A stretch of DNA of 64,000 bases from Lachnospiraceae bacterium (GCA_017634975.1 JAGBMJ010000006.1:3901-67900), one strand, 5' to 3'. Shown: positions 21,448-31,224, counted from the stretch's first letter. The notes: generated by a model from the sequence alone, not told the origin. Numbers and translations are program-made.

Positions 21448-22117
21448 CTTTCTCACCTTTATCTTCGATAAAATCAAGTATCAATTTCCGCATATCCTTT
21501 TCGTTTCTCTCAAACAAAATACCGTGCATCCCGACATCCCTTGCGCCTATAATATCTTTCTTTATATTGTCTCCGACCATCAACACCTCTTCCGGCTGCA
21601 GTTCCATCTTTTGCAACATCAATTCAAAGATGCGCCGTCCGGGCTTTTCTATCCCTGCCTCCTCGCTGGTAACAATATGATCGATATAATCCTGTAATCC
21701 CAGTTTTGCAATCTTCCGGTACTGAATATGTGCCGTAAGATCCGTAATGATCCCGATCACTATACCTCTTTTTTTTAACTGATCCATCACCGGGATCACA
21801 TGATCAAATGCCGTCATGTGTTCCAAAAAGCAATCCCAGTATGTATCATAAAACTTCATAGCATACCGAAACGGATTTTGCATGCACTGTTCGCATATAT
21901 TCTGCATATAAAGCAGACGGTTATGAGAAGCCGCCACCCCATCCCCTAATATCCGTTTCACATTACTCTTTGCATTCTTCAGAAGATGCCCGGCTTCGGA
22001 TACGCTAATATCAAACTCCTTCGAGATCACAGATAGGAGAATCTCCTCTGCGATTTTGTTGCAATGATCATAATCATACAGCGTGTTATCAAGGTCAAAT
22101 ACAACTGCTCGTATCAT
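21440..22117 (-). CDS. HAD-superfamily hydrolase
   Basis: FDLDNTL, EKP, VGDNIKKD. Confidence 0.9.
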   Translation of the reverse strand: MIRAVVFDLDNTLYDYDHCNKIAEEILLSVISKEFDISVSEAGHLLKNAKSNVKRILGDGVAASHNRLLYMQNICEQCMQNPFRYAMKFYDTYWDCFLEHMTAFDHVIPVMDQLKKRGIVIGIITDLTAHIQYRKIAKLGLQDYIDHIVTSEEAGIEKPGRRIFELMLQKMELQPEEVLMVGDNIKKDIIGARDVGMHGILFERNEKDMRKLILDFIEDKGEKDV

Positions 22118-22119
22118 GT

Positions 22120-24192
22120 TTATCCTCGCATTTTCGCACTCATCACATAAAGAAAAAAGAACTGCACCAATCCGTCCACGCCATCTCCCCACTCGGGATA
22201 GTACGTAAAGAAATCCTCATACTGCGGTATGTTATTCTCCGCAATGCTGCCATAGTCAATCTCTTTCAAAAGTTCGTTTCCATCAAATGTGATCGACTGG
22301 TAAACCAGATCATCGCTGATCGCATACTCCGGCAAAATACCATAATCCGAAAAGCTTTTGATCACGGGTTCCAGGTTCATATTGATATTCAGTTTCAACC
22401 GAACGCTGATCACTTCATCATGCTCTTCCACCAAAGGGTCCGTCAATGTTTTGTCAAAATAGGTAATGATCAGATCTGCAAAATCCTTTTGCGGATAAAT
22501 GTATTTCTCCGCATCCGGTATTCGTTTTTCAATCTGTGCCAGTATCGCTTCTTTTGTGTACCCTCTTTTTTCTCTGTCCCTGTTGATCTTCCAATAGTTC
22601 CGCAAGTTCGTATCCGTATTCATAAAGATCTTCAGATCCAGCTCTTCTCTAAGCGCCGGAAGATACAGCGAGTGCAATCCGCATAACACAATGTATTTTT
22701 TCGCCTGTATTCTTTTTTGTTCGGTAAACTCCCCTGTCTCATGATCGTATTCGCTTCTGTATATGGCATTTCCCCGCTTCAGTTCCCGGATATTATCCGC
22801 CTGCCGGTATAAATAATTTGCTTTCGGATCCAATGCTGTATACTGTTCCCAATTCTCATCCCCTCTCGCCCATCGATGATCTCCATCTCCTTCGATAAAA
22901 AGGATATCCTTTTTTCCTCCAAACAAATGCTCTATTTTTTCTAACAGCCTTGTTTTTCCCGCGCCGCTGTCTCCTGCAATCCCGATAACAAAGGATCTTC
23001 CGCCTTTCTTATACAGATTATTGCTGGCAATCCCGAACTTATAGATCTTCAATACCATAACGATCAGGCATGCCACCATCAGAGTAAATACAACCATTTT
23101 CAGGCTATCCATCGGTACCTTGAGATACTGCATACTCCTGCCAAGCAAAATGATATCTGTATGCTCCGTTTTATGCAGGAAAACAAAGTAAACCATATAT
23201 AAAACATTGTATCCTGCATATATAGTCATCATCTTGTATTTATCCTCTTCGGCAAAACTGAAATATACCGTATAAAAAGGAACAGCCCAGATATACCATG
23301 CCGGCATGGGGGATAAGGAGATCAGGAACACAGAAAACAGCATCGCCAGCATGGACATCAAAAGATTCCGGTTAAAATAATTTAATTCATAAACATTTAA
23401 ATATACGATTGCCAGGAAAAGGATCGGTAACGCCAGATATACCGCGCCGTAATCCAGATTCACTACGGTCAGAGCGGATTGTTCTTTATTCAGCAGAACC
23501 ATCTGAACGAATCCTTCTCCCCAGAATCCGGCTGTACAAATCATTACCAGCAATGCGCTTATGGCATGATATTTCACCGCTTCCCACATTCCGCGTTTCT
23601 TTTCTATATACAAAAACAAGATCGGTACCGCCGCCAGTATATGCGCCTTGCATCCGATCGCAAATCCCAAAAAGATCGAATAGCACAAGAGATTATAGCG
23701 TTTCTTCCATTTGAGAAGGAAGCAGACCGCAAGAATCAAAAAAACCGTCGGGATGATGTCCAGCTGGCCATGTACATACGTTCCGAAAAGGATGATCGGC
23801 GAGCAAAAATAGAATACCATTGCATACTTATATCTGACTCCGATGCTTCGTATACACCAAAACCCTATCAGATCCATCATTAAAACCGGTAGTTTGAACA
23901 ACAGATTGCATACAAATACACCGGTCGGCTGTAATACTGTCAGTAATAATCCTCCGAAAGACTCTATGATCAGCATGACCGGGAAATACGGAAAGGATGG
24001 TAACAAATGGTTCTGATAATAATACTCATATGGATTGGATCCTTCCAGAAAAACGCGCACAAAAGGAATAAACATCCGATCCTGATAATCCGACGAAAAT
24101 AGACCCATGATCAATATTTTTAACAGGATAACACACAGAAAGATCAGTGCATGATATTTCCTGTCTTTTTTGCCTGTTTCCATACTGCTCAT
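22120..24192 (-). CDS. Fusion of a GT-C-like membrane domain and a phosphoribulokinase/uridine-kinase-like P-loop kinase
   Basis: N-terminal ~390 aa multi-TM (SSDYQD, FPYFP, HGQLD); C-terminal IGIAGDSGAGKT, GDGDHRW, YDHETG, GLH, WKINRD, YIYPQK. Confidence 0.8.
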   Translation of the reverse strand: MSSMETGKKDRKYHALIFLCVILLKILIMGLFSSDYQDRMFIPFVRVFLEGSNPYEYYYQNHLLPSFPYFPVMLIIESFGGLLLTVLQPTGVFVCNLLFKLPVLMMDLIGFWCIRSIGVRYKYAMVFYFCSPIILFGTYVHGQLDIIPTVFLILAVCFLLKWKKRYNLLCYSIFLGFAIGCKAHILAAVPILFLYIEKKRGMWEAVKYHAISALLVMICTAGFWGEGFVQMVLLNKEQSALTVVNLDYGAVYLALPILFLAIVYLNVYELNYFNRNLLMSMLAMLFSVFLISLSPMPAWYIWAVPFYTVYFSFAEEDKYKMMTIYAGYNVLYMVYFVFLHKTEHTDIILLGRSMQYLKVPMDSLKMVVFTLMVACLIVMVLKIYKFGIASNNLYKKGGRSFVIGIAGDSGAGKTRLLEKIEHLFGGKKDILFIEGDGDHRWARGDENWEQYTALDPKANYLYRQADNIRELKRGNAIYRSEYDHETGEFTEQKRIQAKKYIVLCGLHSLYLPALREELDLKIFMNTDTNLRNYWKINRDREKRGYTKEAILAQIEKRIPDAEKYIYPQKDFADLIITYFDKTLTDPLVEEHDEVISVRLKLNINMNLEPVIKSFSDYGILPEYAISDDLVYQSITFDGNELLKEIDYGSIAENNIPQYEDFFTYYPEWGDGVDGLVQFFFLYVMSAKMRG

Positions 24193-25002
24193 CTATGAAA
24201 ACATCCTTGTTTCTTCTCTTTCATAGAACCCCTTCCAATACGCAAAGGTTTTCTGATATAACTCGTAATCTCCGGGTGTTCCCCAGCCGATATATCGGTC
24301 AATCTCAAATACTTTTACCCTATAGCCAAGCTCCATAACATGTTTGATCACCTGGTCCACATAAAACTCATTGTTTACCCGATCGTTTTCATCGATCATC
24401 TTTTGGGCCGCCTTCACAAAAAGGTTCCCCTGTTTGAACCAGAACGTCGCCACGATGGCATGATCTTCCATCGGAGTCTCCGACAAAGCCTTTTTGATCG
24501 ATATCCCGGTAACATTCCCTTCCTTATCTGCTTTCACCCAGCCATAAGCATCCGGATTCCGCAAAACCGATGCATTATGACGATAGGTAAACACCAGCAT
24601 GTCTGCCCGGGTTCTCTCAGAATCGAATAAATCCCTGTCTATCTCCATTCCGTTATCGCAGCCGGCGATCAGCAATTCTTCCTCATTGTTGATCAGCTGC
24701 TCTGCAAGCAGACAAGTACAAGCCTGTCCCTCGGTCAAATGATCCACTGTAATAAATGTTACTTCCGGAAGATGACGCCGAATTGCCTCCTCTGTCCCAT
24801 TAGCCCTATGAAAATCACGGTCAACATATATCACATTCCCCCCACCCGGCATCACTCCGGGCAGATCCAGTGTCGCACAGACCACCATGGGCACCTGTTT
24901 CCCTGTACGTTTGTCATAGGTCGGGATTGCCGGTTTACTCACAGTATACCCCACATCCGCAAATCGCTTTCCTTCTCCTGCCATTGGTATCAAGATCTTC
25001 AT
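24193..25002 (-). CDS. Sugar nucleotidyltransferase-like (GT-A fold) protein
   Basis: IPMAGEGKRF, KP, TEGQACT, NNEFYVD, WGTP. Confidence 0.85.
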   Translation of the reverse strand: MKILIPMAGEGKRFADVGYTVSKPAIPTYDKRTGKQVPMVVCATLDLPGVMPGGGNVIYVDRDFHRANGTEEAIRRHLPEVTFITVDHLTEGQACTCLLAEQLINNEEELLIAGCDNGMEIDRDLFDSERTRADMLVFTYRHNASVLRNPDAYGWVKADKEGNVTGISIKKALSETPMEDHAIVATFWFKQGNLFVKAAQKMIDENDRVNNEFYVDQVIKHVMELGYRVKVFEIDRYIGWGTPGDYELYQKTFAYWKGFYEREETRMFS

Positions 25003-25778
25003 TGTTTCATATTCCTCATCATATTTATCCAGTATAGAGATTCTTTCATATCCTCAGGTGTTCCCCATTGACAAAAGTATTCTATATCCGTTGGCACCCA
25101 CACTTTCAGACCGTCTTTCACCATAAAGTTAAACGGCAGGCTTGCATAATACTCGCCTTTCAGCTCCTCACCGGAGTCAACCAGCGCCTTGCAATACTTC
25201 TTCAGATACGCTCCTGTCTTGAAATAGTAATTACCCGGCGAATGCTTTGCTTTTGTTTTATCCTCTTCAAAAGAATACTTCTCCCTGATCTCGATAAGAT
25301 TATCTTCTTCGTCCGTAAGACAGGAAGCGTAAAAATTTTCCGGTATCATCAGATGCGGATGAAAGCCGGTATAGCAAGGCACACAGCCATCCGGATCCCT
25401 TTTTATCAACCGCTCATTAAATGCTTTCCAATCCCAGGACATATAAAAATCACAATAATTGATCATAGCCGGTTCATCATCATCAATGACATCAGCTGCT
25501 CTTAGTACATCATATACCGGGCCTTTTTTGACCCAATTGTCAATCGCAAATACTCTGGAACCGGGTGCTATCCTGTGTAGCTCTTTCTCCATACCGGCTA
25601 TATTATCCAAATGCTCTTTTCTGCACACAAAAAGAATATTTGACTCTCCCGGATACATTCCCTCTACGATCCATTGAAGGATCGGTTTTCCGAATATTTT
25701 GATAAAAGGTTTCAATTCCTTGTATCCGGCCGCTACAAATCTTGAACCGTACCCTGTCATAGGTATTATTATCTGCAT
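24999..25778 (-). CDS. Sugar nucleotidyltransferase-like (GT-A fold) protein
   Basis: IPMTGYGSRF, LKPFI, NYCD, GEYY, QWGTP. Confidence 0.85.
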   Translation of the reverse strand: MQIIIPMTGYGSRFVAAGYKELKPFIKIFGKPILQWIVEGMYPGESNILFVCRKEHLDNIAGMEKELHRIAPGSRVFAIDNWVKKGPVYDVLRAADVIDDDEPAMINYCDFYMSWDWKAFNERLIKRDPDGCVPCYTGFHPHLMIPENFYASCLTDEEDNLIEIREKYSFEEDKTKAKHSPGNYYFKTGAYLKKYCKALVDSGEELKGEYYASLPFNFMVKDGLKVWVPTDIEYFCQWGTPEDMKESLYWINMMRNMKQ

Positions 25779-25789
25779 TCTTGCACCTC

Positions 25790-26026
25790 TCCTCTTCTTG
25801 AAAATAGTTTCCCGTTTTTTTGCAGCCATTCCTTAGCATTTTGGCTCCCAGACGGGTCTGGCATTGTGAGACGATAGAAACCCACTGCTCCAATCGTACT
25901 TCGTGAGTGGTTTGATCCATAACATAGCCTCCTTCTGATCACTCTAAAAAACTGGTTAGTTTTATTAGTTTTTAAAGTATGTCAGAATTTGTGCTATATA
26001 TGGAAGGCGCATGGTTTTACGCTTAC
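25790..26026 (-). mobile_element. IS66-family left-end relic with truncated tnpA
   Basis: Terminal GTAAGCGT at 26026; RBS AAGGAGG then MDQTTHEVRLEQWVSIVSQCQTR (IS66 TnpA-like N-terminus); no tnpB or tnpC. Confidence 0.7.
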
Positions 26027-26059
26027 GGGTCCAAAGCATCACTCTCAATATACTCACCA

Positions 26060-26540
26060 TCAATACTCCCGAAGCCTCTGTTCCCAGCTCATGAAGTCTG
26101 TACTGTCTGCATATCTCTCCGGGTTCTCAATTCTATCCGCATCAATTTCCTTTACTGCTCCTGCCTTTAAAACAAGCCACTCGAATGATTCCGGAAGAAA
26201 AATCGCCAGTTTTCTCGGACGCAGCTCCTGTTGTTCAACAATATCCGCAATTTCCGAACCAAACGCTGCTCCATCTGCGATCACTACCACATTTTCCTCA
26301 GGATATTGATTCATCACTTTAAAAATATTACTCTTTCCGTCTGCCGAGATGCAACGTATCCCCATCCGTTCCGCTTCATTCTTAAAAAACTGATACCCCG
26401 ACCGTGTATCTTCTGTTATGATTACCCAACGTAGTCTTTCCTCTTCCGCTTTCACCTCTCAAAACAGTTATATTCCTTCGAAGTTCAAACGAATATGAAT
26501 TCCTGCTATTTCTTACTCTGATCTGAAATGCCCCTTTCAT
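26060..26540 (-). pseudogene. Internally deleted ATPase-TOPRIM-like gene (paralog of 44172..45143 and 58745..59710)
   Basis: ATG 26540 gives MKRAFQIRVRNSRNSYSFELRRNITVLRGESGRGKTT, then an out-of-frame jump to VIITEDTRSG...DGAAFG...PESFEWL...SWEQ. Confidence 0.85.
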
Positions 26541-26993
26541 CTACATTCCCTCCCTCAGGTATTCTACACCTGCATTCAGGAACTCCTGCATATTATGCGC
26601 CACAATGCTTTTACTATTCAAAATGCGTATTTGAAAAGGTGCTTTTCCAAAGTTCATTACATGAAACAGATTGATGGTAAAATCCTGCTCTTCCCCTAGT
26701 TCCAAAATCCATTTCGCACAATTATCCCCACAATTTGACGCATTAAATACTTTCCCGGGGAAGTGTTTCATTAAAATAAGTGCCTTCACGCCCCCCGATA
26801 ATTGAAGCGGCGAGATATTCCCCAACACCGGACTATTGATGATATTTGCATCCACCACTTCAGAGTGATCCACATCCATTATCACTTTACGTGCAAATTC
26901 ATCCGTTATCCATTCATCTTTATATCGATTCTTAAAAAACACAGATGTATTATATATAGCGTTTTTCTTGTCTCCAAACCATACCCTTACCAT
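26541..26993 (-). CDS. DUF4869 family protein
   Basis: LSGGVKALILM...FNASNCGDNCA. Confidence 0.85.
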   Translation of the reverse strand: MVRVWFGDKKNAIYNTSVFFKNRYKDEWITDEFARKVIMDVDHSEVVDANIINSPVLGNISPLQLSGGVKALILMKHFPGKVFNASNCGDNCAKWILELGEEQDFTINLFHVMNFGKAPFQIRILNSKSIVAHNMQEFLNAGVEYLREGM

Positions 26994-27145
26994 GCAATTA
27001 ACTCCCCGATCTACAATTTTCCCTATATTTCACTATATATCCGGTTATACTCTTATTTCTGTTTCTCTATTACGAAAGCTTTTTCCCCATCCCACTCTCT
27101 CCGGTCAGTATGGTAACAATTCTTTCCGGATTAGGCATGTATTAG

Positions 27146-27379
27146 TCATACATAATTAATTGCAACATCCACATATTCCCGGTTAGAGCGCACGATTGTT
27201 TGGGTGTTTATTATATACACTTCAAACGGCTCATACTCTTTAAAACGCATCAAATATCTCAAATTTATCGTCAATTCCATCCTTTTCCCCATGTCAATAA
27301 TCCACTTCGCACAATTCTCTCCACAACTTGTCGCATCATAGATCAGTTCCCGATTCTTATACATCGCGATCAGGGTTTT
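27146..27379 (-). pseudogene. C-terminal fragment of a DUF4869 gene
   Basis: KTLIAMYKNRELIYDATSCGENCAKWI...LTINLRYLMRF; N-terminal half missing. Confidence 0.75.
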
Positions 27380-27501
27380 TTAATCGTTTCGTTTCCAATA
27401 CGATATGATGTCTTCCGACCATAAATCAGCTTCTCTCTTTCTCTGCTCGCAGATGGTTGCATATCTTCCACCAAGTTAGGGGGTAACACCCCCAAGGTGA
27501 T

Positions 27502-27702
27502 TCATGTTCGGGCTACGGCCCCATTTGGGAAATCCTCGTTTACTGTCTGATCGTACCCTTCTTCAAACCCTTCTACATATGCCTCTGCAAACCTTTCTGC
27601 GTATCCAGCAGCGGCTCTAAAGTCAATCCCTTTTTGACGTGCCTTCAAAAACTCTCTCTTATAGACAGAGTCATATAGTTGTTCTTTTTTATTTTGGTCC
27701 AT
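27502..27702 (-). CDS. Small hypothetical protein
   Basis: RBS AAGGAG; MDQNKKEQLY...AEAYVEGFEEGY, 66 aa. Confidence 0.45.
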   Translation of the reverse strand: MDQNKKEQLYDSVYKREFLKARQKGIDFRAAAGYAERFAEAYVEGFEEGYDQTVNEDFPNGAVART

Positions 27703-27819
27703 ACACAACACTCCTTGTGGCAACTCTTTGATTTAATCTTACGACCAGATAGATTTAACAATCCGGAGATAGCTAGAAAGATTCAAATTCCTTCCTTATC
27801 GTATATCCCTTATTTGTTA

Positions 27820-28670
27820 CTAACAAACGGGGCTCCATTTGACTATACCTTGCTCTATACCTTGTTCTATGCCTTTCTCTATCCCCAATTCAAATCCTTC
27901 CTCAATGCCTTCTTCTCTTGCATCTTGTATGACAACCCATTCCTTCATATACTGTGTCCTCCTTAACTGCCCCCGATCAAAGATCGGGGGAGCCCGCCAC
28001 GACTTTGAGCGGCTTCAATACTTCGCCGATAGACGAAGTTTCCGAATGCATTTTGTCGTCCTTTATCCACTGCATCTTCGATCTTACAGGTTAATTCGCT
28101 GTCCACACGGTCCTTCTCAATGTAATCATAAAATTTCTTAAGCTCTTCCGGCAGGTTATTCCCTTCATAGCAACTATTATAAAAGATCTTTCTTGTACCA
28201 TCTTTCAGTTTTAACTCGGGCTTTTCTTCACAACATTCCCGAAATGTATATCTGCCACGCCCCTCGCCAAAAGGATCAAATGTACAGATAAACATGATCG
28301 TACTCTCCGGAAGACTTTTATACAATTTCCCATGATCCATATAATCGATATCGATCGAGCTCTGGTAATATCGGCTTCTTTTAGGCAACTGATGGGAATC
28401 CACCGTTTTTCGATTCAAATTCTCCATTTCCGCATCATAGATTGCCCCGCGGCTGTCCTCATTATACACATCCAACCGAATCGGTTTTCCATCCACTGTA
28501 AAGCGAAATTCTCTCTGTGTCTGCAGCTCCTTCAGTTCTCCCACCGGTTCCTGAAGCAAACACTCCAATACCTCCCTGCATAACTCCGGATCCTCCATGA
28601 CTTTGCCAAACATGAAGTCATCAGAAAACCGCAATTCCTCATAGTTCTTCATTGCTCTTTTATTACTCAT
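27820..28670 (-). pseudogene. Rpn/YhgA-like PD-(D/E)XK nuclease interrupted near its C-terminus
   Basis: FSDDFMFGKVM, RLDVY, DAEME, PKRSRYYQS, FICTFDPF; tail RTQYMKE...EEGIEEG(E-x-G repeats) resumes after an ~80-bp insert. Confidence 0.85.
27963..28044 (-). mobile_element. ~80-bp insert resembling an IS200/IS605 right end
   Basis: Subterminal hairpin cccccgatc-ttt-gatcggggg followed by CAGTTAA; supplies the premature stop in the Rpn gene. Confidence 0.5.
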
Positions 28671-29107
28671 TCTTTTCCTTTCACATAAACTGCGGCAGGA
28701 AAAAAGAAAAAGAGCATTTTCTCATTTCTTTCCTGCCTATAATATTATTGGGATTATAAGCAAGAATTTCCGAAATGGTTCAGATATGATCTTAGATGAC
28801 GATCATTCGCGTCATATATACGAAAAATTGCTTATGCTTGGATAGTAGCATAAGATCTTACAAATGTAAAGTATGAAATTATCAATGTACAATCCCCTGA
28901 ACAATTCACAATACAAATAAGCAGTTATCCAAAAGTCTTTCATTTATAACCTGTTCTCATCCCGTTCATCCCAAGTTGGGTTGTTCGGACTATCTGCATA
29001 TGTCAATATCTGTGAGTAATATTTCACAATACTTGCACGGTACATAGTACCAATGTCTATATCAAAATGTAACATTTTCGTAATAGTACACGCTTACGAT
29101 ATCCTAC

Positions 29108-29538
29108 CATCAGATGGGGATGGAATCCTGTATAGCATGGAACACATCCGTCCGGATCACGTTCAGCCAATGCTTTTTTGAATCTTTTCCACTCCCATGA
29201 CATATAGAAATCACAATAGTTAACAATTGCCGGTTTCTCATCATCAATAGCGCTTGAGGCCTTTAATACGTCCATTACCGGCCTTTCTTGATCCACTCGC
29301 TTATGGTATAAATCCTTGCCGTTGGTGCAATTTGCCTTAATTCCTTCTCCATTCCATCAACAGTATCCAAATGCTCTTTCCGACATATGAATAAAATATC
29401 CTTCTCTTCAGGATACATACCATCTATGATCCATTGAAGTATCGGCTTATCAAACACTTTAATAAATGGCTTAAGTTCCTTATACCCGGCCGCTACGAAC
29501 CTTGAGCCATAACCTGTCATAGGTATAATTATTTGCAT
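29108..29538 (-). pseudogene. Frameshifted, truncated duplicate of the nucleotidyltransferase at 24999..25778
   Basis: Same N-terminus MQIIIPMTGYGSRFVAAGYKELKPFIK; 1-nt deletion at KKGP; similarity ends after GFHPHLM. Confidence 0.9.
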
Positions 29539-29585
29539 TTTTCACTTCCTTTACCTTTCAAACACTGATTATACTATTCGTAGTC

Positions 29586-31124
29586 TTATTTCACAAAAAT
29601 TCTCCCCAAAAGTTCCTCTGGCATATCATCACTAATACTAAGCCTATAATTATTAATAAGCGCTTCATATGAATGAGGATTATAGCCAAAATATTCATAT
29701 ATCTGTTCATCAAAAGTTTTCAAATCTTCCGAATTAATTATTAAAACATCATACTTCTTTTTCTCTATTGTATTTCGCGTTAAATCAAAATATTCTTTAC
29801 AGTTAATCGGTACCGTATAGATATCAAAATCCGGAATCATTCCACTTCTTTCAATCAACATATAATGATCCGAATCATACATACATTTTTCTCCTGAATA
29901 ATGAGCTGCCAGATATTCTTCACTACTACTCTGCGGTTTATTCATAAAATATACCATCGTTGACGCCATCCCCAGCATAGTCCTGTCAATTGCTTTACTA
30001 AACATTACTGCTAATACTATCAAGTACAACCAATAAATATGTTTTTTATTAAACATATACTCAATAATACGATCAATTATTATTCCGGGAAAAGCAACAA
30101 ACATAACTAATCCAGCCTCATAATTTCCAAGGTTACCTCCTATCTTCATCCCGCCAGCTACCTGTGCCATCAAAATCATAATTGCCGACGTCAGCCACAT
30201 CCAAAAAATTTGATCTGCTGATTTCTTTATACACAAAACATAAATTATTGATATAATGCAAAAAATAATCAAAATATTGTTCTCTGTATTTACTCTAATA
30301 ATATCATTTATGCAAACATCCTCAGAAAAATATGGCATGTTCTTTAGATTATCTATAGCCAATAACTTCATCCCTTTGATGTTAAATAGAATAAGAACAT
30401 CCAAAATACCGGCTGAAATCATTGTAATCAACAAATACACTTTATTGTGGACAGGTATATTTCTTGAAAACAATATATATAATCCTAACGCAACATCAAT
30501 ATACAAGGCTTGTTGCTTTGTTATATCCATCAAAAAAGAGAAAAAAAACAATAACACATATTCAATTATTCTCCTTGAATTAGTCCCGTTTATTCTTTTT
30601 ATCAATAATATAATGATATAACAATAAAGATAAACCAGTGTATCTCCCTTAAACTCATTCATATAAAACTTGTATACCGGGAAGTACCGAAACATAAAAA
30701 AACTAACACATATCAAAGAGAGCCATTTTTTTTTCGTAAATTCACTGGAAATATGTATTAGAACAACATAAAAAGATGTTCCTATCAAGGACGCAATAAT
30801 CAAAAGAATATAGTCTCTACATTCATGAAATATGCTTCCTATAATTACTGCAAGAAATCCTATTCCGGGAAAATACGGCGAAGAAGCTTCTGTTGGAGAA
30901 TAGTAAAACCCCTTTCCTTCAAGGTAGCGATCTGCCATGGCTATGTGTTCATACAAATCCCATCTTCCACCTTTATAAAGAGCCGCCGGAAAATTCAAAA
31001 AGAAATATGCTACAAAAGCTATAATTATCCCTACAACATAAAATGCTTTTTCATATTTCAGAAATGTTGCTTTTGCCTTTTCCTTAATCTCATACAATGA
31101 TTCCTTAGTTATGTTCATTTCCAA
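29586..31124 (-). CDS. AT-rich multi-pass membrane protein, putative GT-C glycosyltransferase
   Basis: WDLYEH loop after TM1, SPYFPG, EFKGD, TKQQ; many TMs and a soluble C-terminus. Confidence 0.55.
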   Translation of the reverse strand: MEMNITKESLYEIKEKAKATFLKYEKAFYVVGIIIAFVAYFFLNFPAALYKGGRWDLYEHIAMADRYLEGKGFYYSPTEASSPYFPGIGFLAVIIGSIFHECRDYILLIIASLIGTSFYVVLIHISSEFTKKKWLSLICVSFFMFRYFPVYKFYMNEFKGDTLVYLYCYIIILLIKRINGTNSRRIIEYVLLFFFSFLMDITKQQALYIDVALGLYILFSRNIPVHNKVYLLITMISAGILDVLILFNIKGMKLLAIDNLKNMPYFSEDVCINDIIRVNTENNILIIFCIISIIYVLCIKKSADQIFWMWLTSAIMILMAQVAGGMKIGGNLGNYEAGLVMFVAFPGIIIDRIIEYMFNKKHIYWLYLIVLAVMFSKAIDRTMLGMASTMVYFMNKPQSSSEEYLAAHYSGEKCMYDSDHYMLIERSGMIPDFDIYTVPINCKEYFDLTRNTIEKKKYDVLIINSEDLKTFDEQIYEYFGYNPHSYEALINNYRLSISDDMPEELLGRIFVK

Positions 31125-31224
31125 TTCTGTTTTAAACTCCTAATAATCCTTATGTTTATAGTTATGGAGTAAGATACTTAACGTTCAGATCAATTCAAAG
31201 AGCGCATCCCCATATACCGATTCA

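Noticed and set aside
22120-23000. Calvin-cycle phosphoribulokinase
   Set aside because: It is fused to a membrane domain in a glycan operon and no RuBisCO is in the window.
25603-25920. 105-aa ORF treated as an intact gene
   Set aside because: Only the N-terminus is IS66 TnpA-like; the rest is out-of-frame read-through into the nucleotidyltransferase gene.
26027-26080. GFGSIDGEYIESDALD, a possible fifth DUF4869 fragment beside the IS66 end
   Set aside because: Too short to support by eye.
27843-27915. Short tandem-like repeats suggesting a CRISPR array or VNTR
   Set aside because: They encode the E-x-G-I repeats of the Rpn C-terminus; there is no repeat-spacer structure.
29090-29097. Second GTAAGCGT resembling an IS66 end near the pseudogene breakpoint
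   Set aside because: Same orientation as the 26026 copy, no similarity beyond 8 nt and no IS genes follow.
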